A DNA stretch of 61,737 nt, the filler included, from Choristocarpus tenellus KU-1152 (taxonomy: Eukaryota > Protista > Phaeophyceae), in assembly GCA_964200185.2 (NCBI GenBank). It is 11 parts of 11 records of this genome, joined end to end, with 100 filler letters (N's around TTAATTAATTAA, not from the genome) between each part and the next. Parts side by side here need not be neighbours in the genome. Positions count along the whole stretch, not along the records: positions 33,600 to 37,961 come from CAXNAD020014913.1; positions 38,062 to 41,645 come from CAXNAD020019111.1; positions 41,746 to 46,891 come from CAXNAD020011721.1; positions 46,992 to 50,583 come from CAXNAD020019070.1; 7 more parts are not named here. One strand, 5' to 3'. Below the pieces are notes generated by a model, which saw only the letters and a list, made by a program, of their open reading frames with translations, was not told the origin of the DNA and searched no databases. The stretch's first letter is position 1. Each line of letters opens with the position of its first letter. This document shows positions 36,396 through 49,405 of this stretch, piece by piece. The position numbers were made by a program, and so were the translations under genes.

Positions 36396-37852
36396 AATGT
36401 CATAAACTCATGTACGACACTCCCCTGTTGCAACATAGTGAGATCGGATATCAATTTTACCAGGCCCGAACAAAATCAAGTAATTTAAGCCTAGATTTTC
36501 AACTGAGGGGTGACTCCATTTCATAAGGTTACCTAGGTGAAACACTAATAATCAAGTCTAAACAAATTCATGATACTATCTGAATATCTCTGGCCATAAA
36601 AGCCAACTGCAATGGGTTTACGTATTGAAGGTGCTTGCTCTACTTGGGGAATGAACGTAAAGTCACAAATCCCATCGTCCGTAACCAATCAACTATCGAC
36701 GGTTTGCAGGGTGTATACACCACCAACAAAAGAGTCATTAATCTATAATGCAAGTCATACTTGTCAACTCGATTGCAATCAGTCGACGAAAAGAACAATG
36801 GCACATCACACATACACAGGCAATGCAAGAATCCCTGTCTTCATGGAAAAACCAATATCACCCATTTCAAAACATATTACATTCCGAGTGCCTCAGCATA
36901 ACAATAAACAGAAAGGGGGCAGAGAAATGTGGCATTGCTATAGAAATTTCTGTATTCCGCACGCGCTATCTGGTCACACAGATATTCAATGAGTTTATTC
37001 GTCGCAGAACACATCTTTAGTTAACACTATCCAGCACAGATGCTAAAACAACAAAGCTTCCACCAAGATCAATTTGCAATGCTTAGTTGACACCAAGATT
37101 ATATTCCTACAGTATGCACAGGTTTTTCCAGTTTCACTGACTCAGGTATGCTTCAACACACCTAAAAGCTGGTACTCATCACCCAAACCCTAATCAATGC
37201 AGCTCCTCCTGAAGAGATCCCATCCCATCTGGACCCTATGTATAGTCAGCATGAGGCTCAACTACACACGATGCACCTGAGTTGCGATCAGGTGGAGGGA
37301 CAGGGGTCTCGAACACAACCTGCCAGTGAGAGAGTTCTTGACTGTGCAGTGGTAAGAAATGTACAACACTGGTTGTTAGCAGTGTGAGAGTCAGTGATAG
37401 TGACGTAGCAAGCGTCGGATATGGAAAATGATGGACTCACCAGGCTACCACCAATACTGACTGGGGCCAAATGCCCAGTGCACAGACAAATCGAACCTCG
37501 TTCCTCAAACAGTGTCCACTATTAGCCCGTGTAACAGACTTGAGGGACTGATAAGCGAGGAGTTAGAGAAGAACACGAACGTTACAAGAATCCCCTCTTT
37601 TGCAAGTAACTGCAAAGGAGATTTGAACAGAATAAACCTGCCCAACGAGAACCCCCTCTACTCTTGCTGCAGTATGCATTTCATGTGCAGAGAGTGAGGT
37701 AGCTATACGACCATCTCAATCCTGTGGGGTGACCCATCGGGTGATGAACCTGAGAAAACGAGACTGTGTAGGCAGTTCACTGGATTGAATGATAATAGGG
37801 GGGGAAAATTGAGCTGTGGACAACATCATCTCGAATGGTCTACAAATCTAAA

Positions 37853-37961
37853 GACCCAAAGTATCTGGGAGGGGGGGAGGGTCTACACTAAGGTGTCCAT
37901 TTGGGCCATAACCAGGAAAGGTGCACTTACATTATCCATCCAACGCATGCAACCAAATCAC
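37853..37961 (+). mobile_element. MITE family B, truncated by contig end
   Basis: Left TIR GACCCAAAGTATCTGGG plus internal sequence up to the spacer. Confidence 0.85.
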
Positions 37962-38351
37962 NNNNNNNNNNNNNNNNNNNNNNNNNNNNNNNNNNNNNNN
38001 NNNNNTTAATTAATTAANNNNNNNNNNNNNNNNNNNNNNNNNNNNNNNNNNNNNNNNNNNNGAGATGAAGTGGCAATGTCAGAGTCAGAGTCATAGGTGC
38101 CTAACCCCCCCCCTCCCAAACGTCCACATATTGCTGAGCAAGTTGATTGGCTTAAACGTTTGGCTGGAATCCACCTAGTTCGAGCTCTCATCAGGATTTA
38201 CAGCAACTAAACTTCTTCATGTGCTGCAACGCTTATGAAGTTAGAGATAAAAACAGGCCAACACATTGCTCCAGGCAATTCATTCAGCAGTACCTGGGCC
38301 CGTATGGGTGGGTAACACACCGATCACTCTGAGACTGTTGCTTCTATTCCA

Positions 38352-38527
38352 GACTCAAAGTATCTGGGCGGGGGAAGGGCATCTACACCAGGGTGTCTGG
38401 GCCCTGACCAGGAAAAGCACACTTACATTACCCATTCGACACATGCAACCAAATCACCCAAAAATTGTAACATGAACAATGGACCCGGAATGGACAGCTG
38501 CCACCCCCTCCCCAGATACTTTGACCC
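38352..38527 (+). mobile_element. MITE family B
   Basis: GACTCAAAGTATCTGGG ... CCCAGATACTTTGACCC. Confidence 0.88.
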
Positions 38528-38539
38528 CTAACAATAATT

Positions 38540-38798
38540 GAGCCAAAGTATCTTAGAGGGTAGGGCCGCGTCTATTTCGGGGTCAAAATCCAATGTTGCG
38601 ATTTTGATGTAATTTTGGCTGTTGTGTTTGTTAGGAAGTATCAATATCCCTGTTTCAGACACACCTTTTTCATAACGTGTACATTTTACCTACTCCGAAA
38701 CATTTTGGAGTAGGAAATACCATAATAAAAACCATGGGAAGCCAAGCCCCAGATGGACAAACAGGGCAAAAGTCGTACCCTCTAAGATGCTTTCAATC
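38540..38798 (+). mobile_element. MITE family A, TSD ATT
   Basis: ATT at 38537-39 and 38799-801; 12 bp from a family B copy. Confidence 0.9.
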
Positions 38799-41700
38799 AT
38801 TTGGTCTTCCCAACTGTTAAGAATTCAACCACAATCCCACAACAACACCCCCTCATTATATTCTCGTGGAAGGCTGTCGTTTTCACTTCCACCATCCATC
38901 AGCAAATACTCAAACCACCGGCCCATCAAATAAAGTATGTTTTCTTCTAGAGGCGTAGTCCTCAGCCAACCAATTCCCTGCCATGTTGCCTGCACTGAGG
39001 CCTTATCCTGCCTGGAACTCATAGGCATCACGAGAAATCGGGAGAGCATATTGTTTGTCAAAGCCCTTAGAAATGTCGCACCCATCCAATAAGTACTATG
39101 TACCATGGTACATGTTTGCACCGGCAGGCACTAGAATGTTCCCCTTACCGTCCCTAGTGATGAGCTGCAAGTGCTGGACCCCACACTCAATACAGTCAAC
39201 TCAACAAATCATATTTATAGACTCCCAAGTTTGAAGTGACAATTGGGCATCTCTACGGTCCTTTGCAACTCCCTCACCTCCCCTCGTGCACCTAGGACTT
39301 GTATAATCCTGGCCTCTCCATCCATGGAGACCCGGAGAAGCCCGGATTTGTACTCTAGAGCATCAATGATGACCCTGAGAGTAAGATGCCACAGAAAAGA
39401 GAGAGGAGGCCAAGTACAAGGGCATATAGGATAGTGAACAGGGCAGGGGAAAGTAGATGGTGAGCAGGGGGGTAAAAATTGGATTTATGTTACACTAGGA
39501 AGGGGGGGGAGGGGGGGAGAAGGAGGAGAACATATTAATGTGATTGCATGAGCGCCTAGAGACCCAAACAAGGGTACCATCAAGTGCATTGAACCATGAA
39601 AAGCGCATCATGGGCACTTCACCCACTACCAATTCCATCCGACTCCCAGCATAACAATGAACTGCTACAATAGCTGTACAACTACATATATCTGAAAGTA
39701 TGTTGGTACAACCAAAAAGGATAAAGACTCTCTGACTCCCCACACCCTTCCCCCCCAGCCCTCCCTGGAGCCGCTGCTACCTTATCGGCCCTCCTCCTTC
39801 CGGTGTGATTGTTACAATCGCACCATTCTCCTCCCCATGCCCGCCTTGTGTGTTGAAGGTCATGGATCCGGAGGAGATGTAGTAGGCTTGTCCCTTTGGT
39901 CCCCCAAGAACCACTACCGACTCTTCAACCGACTTGGGCCCAGCCCCTTGAGGTCTTGCCCACCATTTCCAATCCCACAGGAGAAAGGTACAGTAGGGGG
40001 CGAGCAGAGGAGGGATGTGGTGTATGGATGGGGAGCTTGGTTGTCAAGTTGAAGGGTAGGACAATACAGGATGAGAAAATGCCACTGCTGTGTGCAACAC
40101 CACAACAAAGTGAGACGCAATGGGTAACCAACCAACCAAACAGCACAAACCTGCGAGGCATTTCAAGGGGGATAGTGAAATACCCCACCCCATCAGCTCC
40201 CCCTCAAACTGTCTAAGAACCAAGATCTAGCAGATCTACCCAGCAAGAAAATTTGCTCAAGGCAGAAGCACCTCATATCACAAAAGCACCAATATTTCAC
40301 AATGCTATTAACCATACTTTTTTGGATTTCTTAAAATATCAACGCAGATACATACATTCTACATTGACATTTGTCACAATAGCACAAGAACAATATAATA
40401 ATCTACGGGCATCTATCACCGCCACCCCCCGAACACTAATGTGTCCTAAACTCCCCTCAGGCAACAGCAAATGGTAGTATCACATGCGTACACACTGCAT
40501 CAGGGTTGCTTGAACAGTAGGAAACACCGAACATAATATCCAAGCACACCTGCTCTCCAATTGACCGCTGATGGAGGTGGCAATCTCTTGCTTTGCTGAG
40601 TGAAAGGCAGCTGCAGCAGCTGTTAGGTGCAAAGTTTCCTGCTCCGTTAGAACAACACCAGAAAATCTGTATAGAATGGATCGGCAGGCTTGGTACAGGA
40701 AGTCAACAATACAATATTCATCCCAAGTTGCCCAGGTCCTTCTCTAGTACTCATCACTATCCTCCAGAGCAATCTGCACCAACCCTAGCTACTTCAAATT
40801 ACTCAGTATTGGTTGTGTGCTTCTAGCCTCAAACGTACCAAACACTCAAATCTGCCAGCAGTGTACTTCAAACTTTGCAAGTACCAGAGATCTAATCTAA
40901 CTTAGGGTTAAGGTTGACCAAAGCTCAGCACTTCGGCATTACCAGAACCTCGAGTCCAAGAAGTCACTTTCTACCTACCTCTTGCTTAACATAAAAATGC
41001 TTTACACCCTTTACCACTTGAGCACAATGTGCTTAGAATCATACTATGCAATATCAAAACCTCTGTTGCATCAAAAGCTCCACATGCACACAGAGGATTG
41101 TCACAGCAATCGCTCATCCCCATTCAAACTGTGTATAACAAGACCATCTGGAGGGCACATCTCAACAGCTCCTAAAAACAGACATCAAAACACAGAATGT
41201 AACCATGCCATCAAATACCTAGCACTCCAGTAGCTCTAGCTATCACAATACTCTACCCGGACATTCCTACCCATCTCCTGGTGAGGGCTGTGGATACTAG
41301 GATATCAAAGGGCAGCAAGAAGGGGTATGGATTGGGTCAACGCTTTTGGGATGTACAGGTACCCTTGCAGGTAAAACGTCCCACTCTTCGATATATGTTT
41401 CCGTGTTCTGTCTCCCCACAAAAAACCCGAGGAATTTTCAAATAGTACCTTACTTAAGCTCCAAGTCATCAAGATCCCTTTTTTTTCGTTTAATACCCTG
41501 AGCACAAACAAAAAACGGAGCACTGTGGACTGAACGAGATTTTCCTCCACATGCACTCACAGTATTGATACACACATCATGTCCAACCTTCTCATCTAAC
41601 CATACTCCAGTCCAAAACCTCCTGCAACTCCCCTTCCAAACACGCNNNNNNNNNNNNNNNNNNNNNNNNNNNNNNNNNNNNNNNNNNNNTTAATTAATTA

Positions 41701-43708
41701 ANNNNNNNNNNNNNNNNNNNNNNNNNNNNNNNNNNNNNNNNNNNNGGGGGAGCTAAGGAAGCATCCCAAGAATCCAACAGACCCCTCCTTGCCCTATTAG
41801 AACATATAATGGAAATAGAGAACTTTCGTTGTGATCTGATTTGACGTTTGTGATTTGGTCGTACATACAAATATATATTATTATGCCCTCTGACATTTTG
41901 CAGATGTGTCAGGGGAAAACCAATGAAAACTATATAAATACAAATATCGAAAAAGTCGAACCAGATCCAAGTTATCTGGTAGCAACCACATCTGATAGTA
42001 CCAATAAACGCACATATATTTTCGTTCTTGTTTATTTTATTTTGGGGGGTTAGAGGATAGGGTTGGAGTTAGGGTTAGGGTATATTTATGTATATTTGTA
42101 CTATTGATATTTACAGAATTTTGACTATTACTTTCTACCATATGTTGGGTCCTCAACCTAAGAATGTAGTCATAATCCACATTTGAATCCACATCAATGT
42201 AGATGTGTATATGATTCTAGTACCCATTTCAACTTTTATTATACTATATTTTTAGAAGGTTTTTCGGCACCTCCGCCCAAGATCCAACCGCGGTTCAATA
42301 TGTCATAATCATCATATTTGTTATCTAACGAAATTTCACAAGTACAGATACTCCCACTAAAGATTCAATAGCGGTTGAATAGGGTGGGTGGTATTTTTTG
42401 TCCGAATGAATTCTGAAGTATTGTAATTCTTCACTACTGATATGAATTGATGTATATGAGCTGTTCATCTCAGGGAATCACATTTTTCTGAACGAAAATG
42501 ATTGCATTTCTATTAAAAATAGCGATGAAATAGTCTTCAAGATTGGTTACACATTGCAATCCCTTATAGGTCTTTAATCAATACAGTTTCCAAGGGTCTG
42601 ACAGCAGATGGAAATCTGGCTTCCTTGATCCAGAGCCGTTGTAGCACACCCTATTATTAGTAAGATTAGGAGTATTGATACAAAAGTAATAAACATTTGT
42701 ACTACTACTCCCAATTCCACTGAAACACACAAACCCAACAACAACGACGTAATACAAACATCGAGGAGATGAATGACGGCATGAGTGAACCATAGTCGTA
42801 ATGTAAGGTATAAAACGGAGGTAGTGTAATATTAGAGACAGAAGTAGTAGTAGCATAGAGTTTGTAGCGATGTTCTATACGTATGAATCAATTGTCTGAC
42901 GACAAACCACCATAATCGCTAAGGGTAAGCCACAAAAATGTTTGTAAGAGGAGATGATAACAGGATACGAGAACCTTGTCAATTTATGTCACGGTTTTTA
43001 TATCTTGTAAAAAGACTATAAATCGCCAAACCCCAACTGCTCCCAGAATATTCTGTAGTCTTAAACAAATATTTGGTGATATCACAGAATCGACGTTCTG
43101 AGGCCACAGGTCTTACATCAACACAAAAATGTACAAAATACAAATCCTTAGGGGTTTGTAATGCTTGTTTTGCCTTTAAGCGCCAACCGGGTATTTGACT
43201 CGGCGAATGTTGAGTGGAAGTTTAGTTGGGGAGTTGGCATTGACAAATCTAGTTTCAAAAAAACACCACGTGAGAGAACAGGATACTTGGTTGCCCATGC
43301 CACCTGTCTCACTTTTGTTGAGAGAAGGAACAAGAGAGGGTCTAGCCAGCACAGAAAGAGGTTGTCCTCAGTATTATCGAAGAACCACCACTCTAACGTG
43401 ATTGAGTTCGTGAGATCCGTCTTAGCACCCAACTTCTGAACATTTGCTGCGTGAGGTGCTATTTTTCGGCGAAGAGGTTGACTTACCCGATCGTAAGAGT
43501 GGACCATTGTTTTTACATGTTACCTTGGTCCCTCTCGACATCTCAGTTGCTCTTATCTTCCCTCCGCGTAAACGTGGCGTAAGTCGGGTCTCTGGGACTG
43601 CGAGGTCGGTATAGATTGAAGACCATACCTAGTTCACTTCGTTGGCCGATACGGTCTATCGCATATTCCTAGTAAGCGTTCTCGGGGTACGCCAACATAG
43701 GTTCAAGA

Positions 43709-46700
43709 ATGCCCTCTACTCTCGCGAAGGTCGCCGGGATGGCTTCTCAGGTGTGCAATTATCCAAAGATGCTTTGCCTTGATGAGATGAGTTGAATGCC
43801 ATTTTCGTGTTCATCGAAGACATCATGATGTACGCACGGTTTGTAGAAGCGCATGTTTCTTTCCGGGTTTTTTTGTGAGCATGTATTGCTCCCGTCTATG
43901 GCGAGACTTACATCCTATTAAGTAGACCTGATCCTAAAATGCCCTTGGTTTTTATTTTGAGGCTTGTCCATAGGTACCCCTCCAAGACTGTTATCGTCTT
44001 CGCAATTTATTCCAACTCAATTCCACTGACCGGGTAAAGTCACCGTCCCTGTTACTCCGGCATTTGTAGTAGTACCAATATCCTACTCCTCTTCTCTTCC
44101 ACCATATTTCATTGCGGAGGGGGTTACTCTCCTGGTAGGACTTAATGCGGCGTCAGAGCTACCTGCCATGCTTGTACTTTCCTCAATCATCTTGTTTGAA
44201 GTCATGTTATCTTCTCTGCCTTGTGTGAAGGTCAAGGAGGCCTGGCGTGGGCCCCTCCGGCGCAGTTGTGACTACTGCGTCAAGATGAAGAGGGCATGTG
44301 ATGGAAAAACACCCTGCCAACTTTGCCGCAGGCGCGAAAAGACATGCACCCGCAGCTTCAGAAAGAAGAGTGGTCCAGCTAAGGTACTCCAGACTGCCTT
44401 CATTACTTTTAAGAGGGGTGTTACTTCCCCTTCTTGTTTGCGTCTCCTTTGCTTTTGGAGAGAAAATGTGATGAAATATACGACTGTTAAGAACTTCTGA
44501 AGTGTGCTTGCCCTGACTCTCGCACCCTGTACGCTGGGAGTCTGCTAACAGACTCTGTGGAAAGATCATTTTCCGTACCTACGCATATCGTTTCAGTTCC
44601 CATGTCATACGCATCCCTGTGTCGCCACGCACGCACACACACATACGCGCATGCCCGCGCACAACACAGGGAACAAAATACGCCAAGCGCAGGTCAAGGC
44701 TTGTCATTGAGGCTAGTACAGGGTCCCGCAAAAGATCTGCAGAGGCAGTCACCCAGTCAGTGTCGGATGACAGCAGCAACAAATGCAGCAGTAAAGATCA
44801 GTTCCGCAACTCGACGGAAAAGTGAGTTCATGAGAGGATTGATTTTGATGCAGTACTTGCTTTCAGTTGATCAGAACAGGATCGTATCCAACATGTGGAG
44901 TGAGTTGTATAGTATGTGTTTGTTTGTTCTTCCTGGTGCATGTTTTCGCTATTTCAATCCCCTTTTCTGATCCCCTATGCTTCACTGAGTATGCTTTGGT
45001 CTGTAATTTTGACATACCATTTGGTCACCAACATGCTGGCATGCTCCTAACCTCACCTCACGGAAAACAAGATACCATCCTAGTTTGAGGAAATGTGAAA
45101 ATTTCCCACCCTCCTTTACAAAACCTATCCTTGCATACGCTAACAGCGTCTCATTTTTCCCTGTTGAAATGCTACATGTTTCACCTTATCCTTCACTGTC
45201 TGCACATCTGCTCATTATTGATGTCTCTTGTTGTGTCTGCCCAATGTTTTCCTTTGTGCACATTGCATTTTTTTTTCTCTCTTAACAAGTAACTTTGTTA
45301 TTTCCTTCCCCNNNNNNNNNNTTTTCCCCCCTTTTTTTTTTTTTTTCCTTTTTTTTTTTTTTTTTTCTTTTCACAAATCTTTTTTTTTTTTCTCCCCCCC
45401 CCCCCCCCCCCCCCAAACGACCACTCCTGTCCGTCATGATTGTTCAGACACAGTACTCGCCAAGCAGTTGGGCGCAGCAAGAGAATGCGCCGGCAGCACA
45501 TTTGGGAGACATCCATGGCAACACCCCAGAGCGGCCTATCCTTCCATGTTGAAGTAAAGAAGGAGGTCCAGGTCAAGAACGATTCAAATACTGACATTGC
45601 CCTTGCTGCAGCTGCGGCCGTTGAAGCGGCCCAAGCTGATTGGGCAGTCTCTGCAAGCAGCACAGATGAGGACACCAAGCCCAGCACGCTATGCAACCAA
45701 GGCAGAGTTGAGGTGAGAATTGAAGTGTCTATCAAGGTGCGCATAGGTTGTGATGGAAGACGGTAAGAGTGCAAAGAGTCGTTTGAAGATTCAAGGGCGG
45801 CGAGAAGGTTGCAGGACAAACAAATCCTTTTTGGTATTTTTTTTTTTGGACCATGGTGTTCACCCCCCAATTCGCAGCTCGGATTTTTGTGCACATGACC
45901 CGCGAATGAGCACTTCTGTTTGTATACAATGAATCGTCTCAATCTAGACCCTGTGCCACCCTCTACTTGATGCAGGATGTACTATTCCAGGACCTCCTCT
46001 CCAAGGAGGAACTGGATGAAAGTTGCCTCCAACAGCAACTTCTCCCACGTCCCAGGGCAGGGGCGATCCGTTCGTGGGGAAGCAACAATGATGAGTGCCA
46101 TGATGTGGGCACTGCCACAACGCCCACCTCCAGCACTACCAGTGCAGAATATGACCACCAGGTGGACACAAGCGTTAAGGTGATGACAGGGGTTGGGCTT
46201 CAGTCCCACCACCAAACTTACCCCCTTGAGCAACTCCACCACAACCAAGAACGCCACCATGTTGAGGAATTCTACCCTGTGACCAAAGACCAAGACCACT
46301 GCGCCAGCTCCAACCACTACTCCGCTGCCATGGTTGCCCCAAATCGAGATATTGACGAGGTTGGGCCAAATCAGCACCACCACCACCACCACCACCACCA
46401 CCACCACCAACAGCTTTCCAGTGCACCCAATGGACACTTCCGTTCAAGGGCGCAGTCCAGCGCACCTGCCACGACACCTCCGGACTCGATCATGAGACTC
46501 TGCCACTCATCAGTGTGGCCTTCCTCCAGTCTTAGGCACGAAGAGACTGCCGAGAAGCCAGAGGAAATGTTCCACCTCCAGCAGAACGATCTTTGTCACC
46601 CCGGCACCCACAGCAGCAGTCCCCTGACCCTCCAACAACAGAAAGACCGTGACGTTTTGGTTGCTGGGAGCCGCGGTGCTGTACCTCCTGGTGGCGACCC

Positions 46701-46891
46701 TGGTGGCGGGAGCATGGACTACGCTGGCGGTGGTAGCAGTGGCAGCGGTGGGGGCAGTCGCGGTAGCGATAGCGGTGGTGACGGTGTCGGTCGACATGGT
46801 GGGAGTGTGCTGGGGTTGGTGCTGGAGCTGGAACATGGCTACGGTGGCACGAATCTCACGCATTCTAGAAACAATCTTGTCCCCTCCCCTG
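43709..46891 (+). CDS. Zn(II)2Cys6 binuclear-cluster transcription factor (3' partial); exons 43709-43729 (putative start), 44231-44383, 44670-44821, 45448-45712, 45976->46891
   Basis: MPSTLAK|VKEAWRGPLRRSCDYCVKMKRACDGKTPCQLCRRREKTC gives CX2CX6CX5CX2CX6C, followed by RKKSGPAK|GTKY. Junctions are phase-consistent GT-AG. Low-complexity poly-His/Gly tail. Confidence 0.9.
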
Positions 46892-47054
46892 NNNNNNNNN
46901 NNNNNNNNNNNNNNNNNNNNNNNNNNNNNNNNNNNTTAATTAATTAANNNNNNNNNNNNNNNNNNNNNNNNNNNNNNNNNNNNNNNNNNNNCAGTATAAC
47001 GGTATATGGCCTGCGGCAATAACGGTATAATAACAGACAAACATGCTTTCCACA

Positions 47055-47250
47055 TTTTCAATCTTTTGTAATTTACCCATATTTCTTGGGATGAAATGCT
47101 GAGGTTGACTTGAGAGGGTCGATTTCTCTATTTTTGGAGACTTTTCGAAAGAATTCAGAAATATCCTACACGCTCTAGTTATTAAAAGTCAAATACCTCA
47201 CATTTTGTCAGCATCCTCAAAATGCAACTCTGTGTACCCCTCGTTATCCC
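47055..47250 (+). mobile_element. Diverged MITE family C-related copy
   Basis: Shares GGATGAAATGCT..GACTTGAGAGGGTCGATTTC...TTTGTCAGCATCCT with 18031-18300. Confidence 0.7.
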
Positions 47251-47379
47251 TGACTCTCTACAACATCAACACTATCAAGTTCAAAACAACCCATATATAC
47301 GGACATACGCAACACGTTGCTGAAGCACAACAATGCAGGTAAACAGGTAGGCGGGGGAGATATGGGTTGAGAGTCACCA

Positions 47380-49405
47380 TGTCAAAAACATGCTTTCAAT
47401 TCTTGTGTAAATGTAGATTGCTTAAGAATCAAACCAGTGAGTGGAGAATCAAGACTGTATTCTGAAGGACAGGAAATAGGTATGGGTTCATGAACTAGAG
47501 TACGGAAGGAAAAGGAAACATTGTAGCCAGTATCCTGTGATGAGTGATTGGTGATCCACAGAATAGGAAGATTTGGTGTAAGGAGTACCCCACCTTGGGT
47601 TTGAAGGCCCTCCCTTCCTTCCTCCTTCCCTACTTCATCTGCATCCTGTCAACGCAATAAGGAAATAATCAAGTAATTTACATACACAAGTCTTGGGGGG
47701 GGGAAATTTAACATCCTACCTAGCATTACTTATTGCAGTGTGCTCTACATTTTCAACTCTAGCGTGAATTGATTGGAGGAAGAGTCCCAATGAAGGCAAC
47801 CAATGGTAGGATCAGATGTGGTCAAAGGGGTACGGAGAATAGAACAACGCATGTAGCGACTGGGGTTGAAGATCGTGGCGAGGAAGTTGAGTTAGGCTTG
47901 GATGATGAAGACAAAGAGGCGGATACCAGAACTGCGTACCGTTCAAAGACTGCAGGAGAGGGCCTGCAACTACTCGTCCCACTTCCTGCGAAGTGTGCAG
48001 TGTGCAACAATGATGGCAACGGAGAAGGGTATCCCACGTATGAGAGAAGCTTTCCCACACACATATATATATATATCAATGGGTGGATGGAAGGACGCTT
48101 TATTCACCCAAGATCATGTAAGTGTGAGCCAGATAAAGTTTGATACGACAAGATGGACCTGAAGAGAAGTACATCCAAGGAGCCAGCATGGCGATGGGAG
48201 TTTGCTGATGAGTCTAGGGGGCTTGGCAAAACAGATAACAGACGATCACGACAGCTCGTCAGAAGTGTTTTCGATAAATTGAGGAACCAGTTTGCAAAAG
48301 ATGAAATTACTATTTCCTTATTTAACGGTTAGTATCTGCCTGTGGGAGAAGATCAAACTCTTATTTTCATGCGTTTGGACAAGCTTGTAAAAAAGATGAG
48401 GTTGCTTGATAATAAGCCTAGGAAGGAGGTGCTTTTAATTAAGCGTGATATACAATCGTCTAGCTGAGGAGTAGTTTGAGGAGATCAGGCAAGTAAAAAG
48501 GAAGAGGGCGCGCAGAAAGATTGGATCTGCAAAGGAAAGCTTGTGAAGCGTACAGGATATGAAAATGTCCACACGGCAGATAGACGAAAAGCAATGGTGG
48601 GACACTGATATCAGGTGGAGTCTTTGCGAGAGGTGGATCTACAGGGCTATATCGGGATCAACAATGCAGGACGTGTGGATTGCTGGCGGTGTAGAGGACT
48701 ACACTTCCGATCTTCTTGCCTTTTTCTTATTTCCACAAGTTCCGGATCTTGTGCACCAAGGCTTACTGCTGCTCTAAACGCGCTGGGGCCGTTGGGATGA
48801 CAAGGCAATTCTCAGATAATTCCGGATCGATCAAGAAAGGAAGAGGAGAAACGCAAAGGGAAATGGGAGAGGAGATGGTAACAATGCTGGGGATGCTAGA
48901 GATGGGGAAAGCAAAACTAATGGTTAAATAGTACATGTTGGTGAAATTTCGTCGGTAAGGGATGATGGGAGCCTTGAGGCATGGGATGATGGTTCTTTGG
49001 TAGTATGTGTTCGGAACACATGAGAAGTGACCCTACCGCAAAAATAGATCCAATAACCTGTGGGATTGGTATCAGTACCTGTTACGTTGTGCGCGGAATG
49101 AGGAAGTTTCCAATGTCATCCTGCATGATTTGTCACTGATCCCTGGGTTAAAATTCAATGTCTTCTCCATGATTCAAGTTGGAAAACAAAGAGGGGAAGA
49201 ATTATATTGGGAAGGGAAAATTTCTTTGCGATCAAGCAGACCTGGATTGCAGTTTACAAAGACGGTTAGAGAGATAACTATTATGGATCGTTTTCTTTGA
49301 ACTCCAGCCAGAGGAACTATGTTGATACCTCCTAACCCAACCACTAGACGATCACCTGATATGCCAGAAATGACAAAGAGGATAGTGTCAGGACTAGCTT
49401 GGTCA
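47380..49405 (+). mobile_element. Ty1/Copia family 2: complete 5' LTR (47380-47713, TG...CA), decayed gag, protease and pre-integrase
   Basis: LTR TGTCAAAAAC...TTAACA; knuckle RVDCWRCRGLHFRSSC; collinear with 5986-8150. Confidence 0.85.

Noticed and set aside
33833-37850. Several 60-126 aa ORFs in this contig
   Set aside because: No recognisable domain or phase-consistent exon chain; probably decayed TE or intergenic DNA.
8245-38798. Recurrent short ORFs of the type LGSVNILVPDTP / TQSIWEG
   Set aside because: Chance translations of MITE families A and B.
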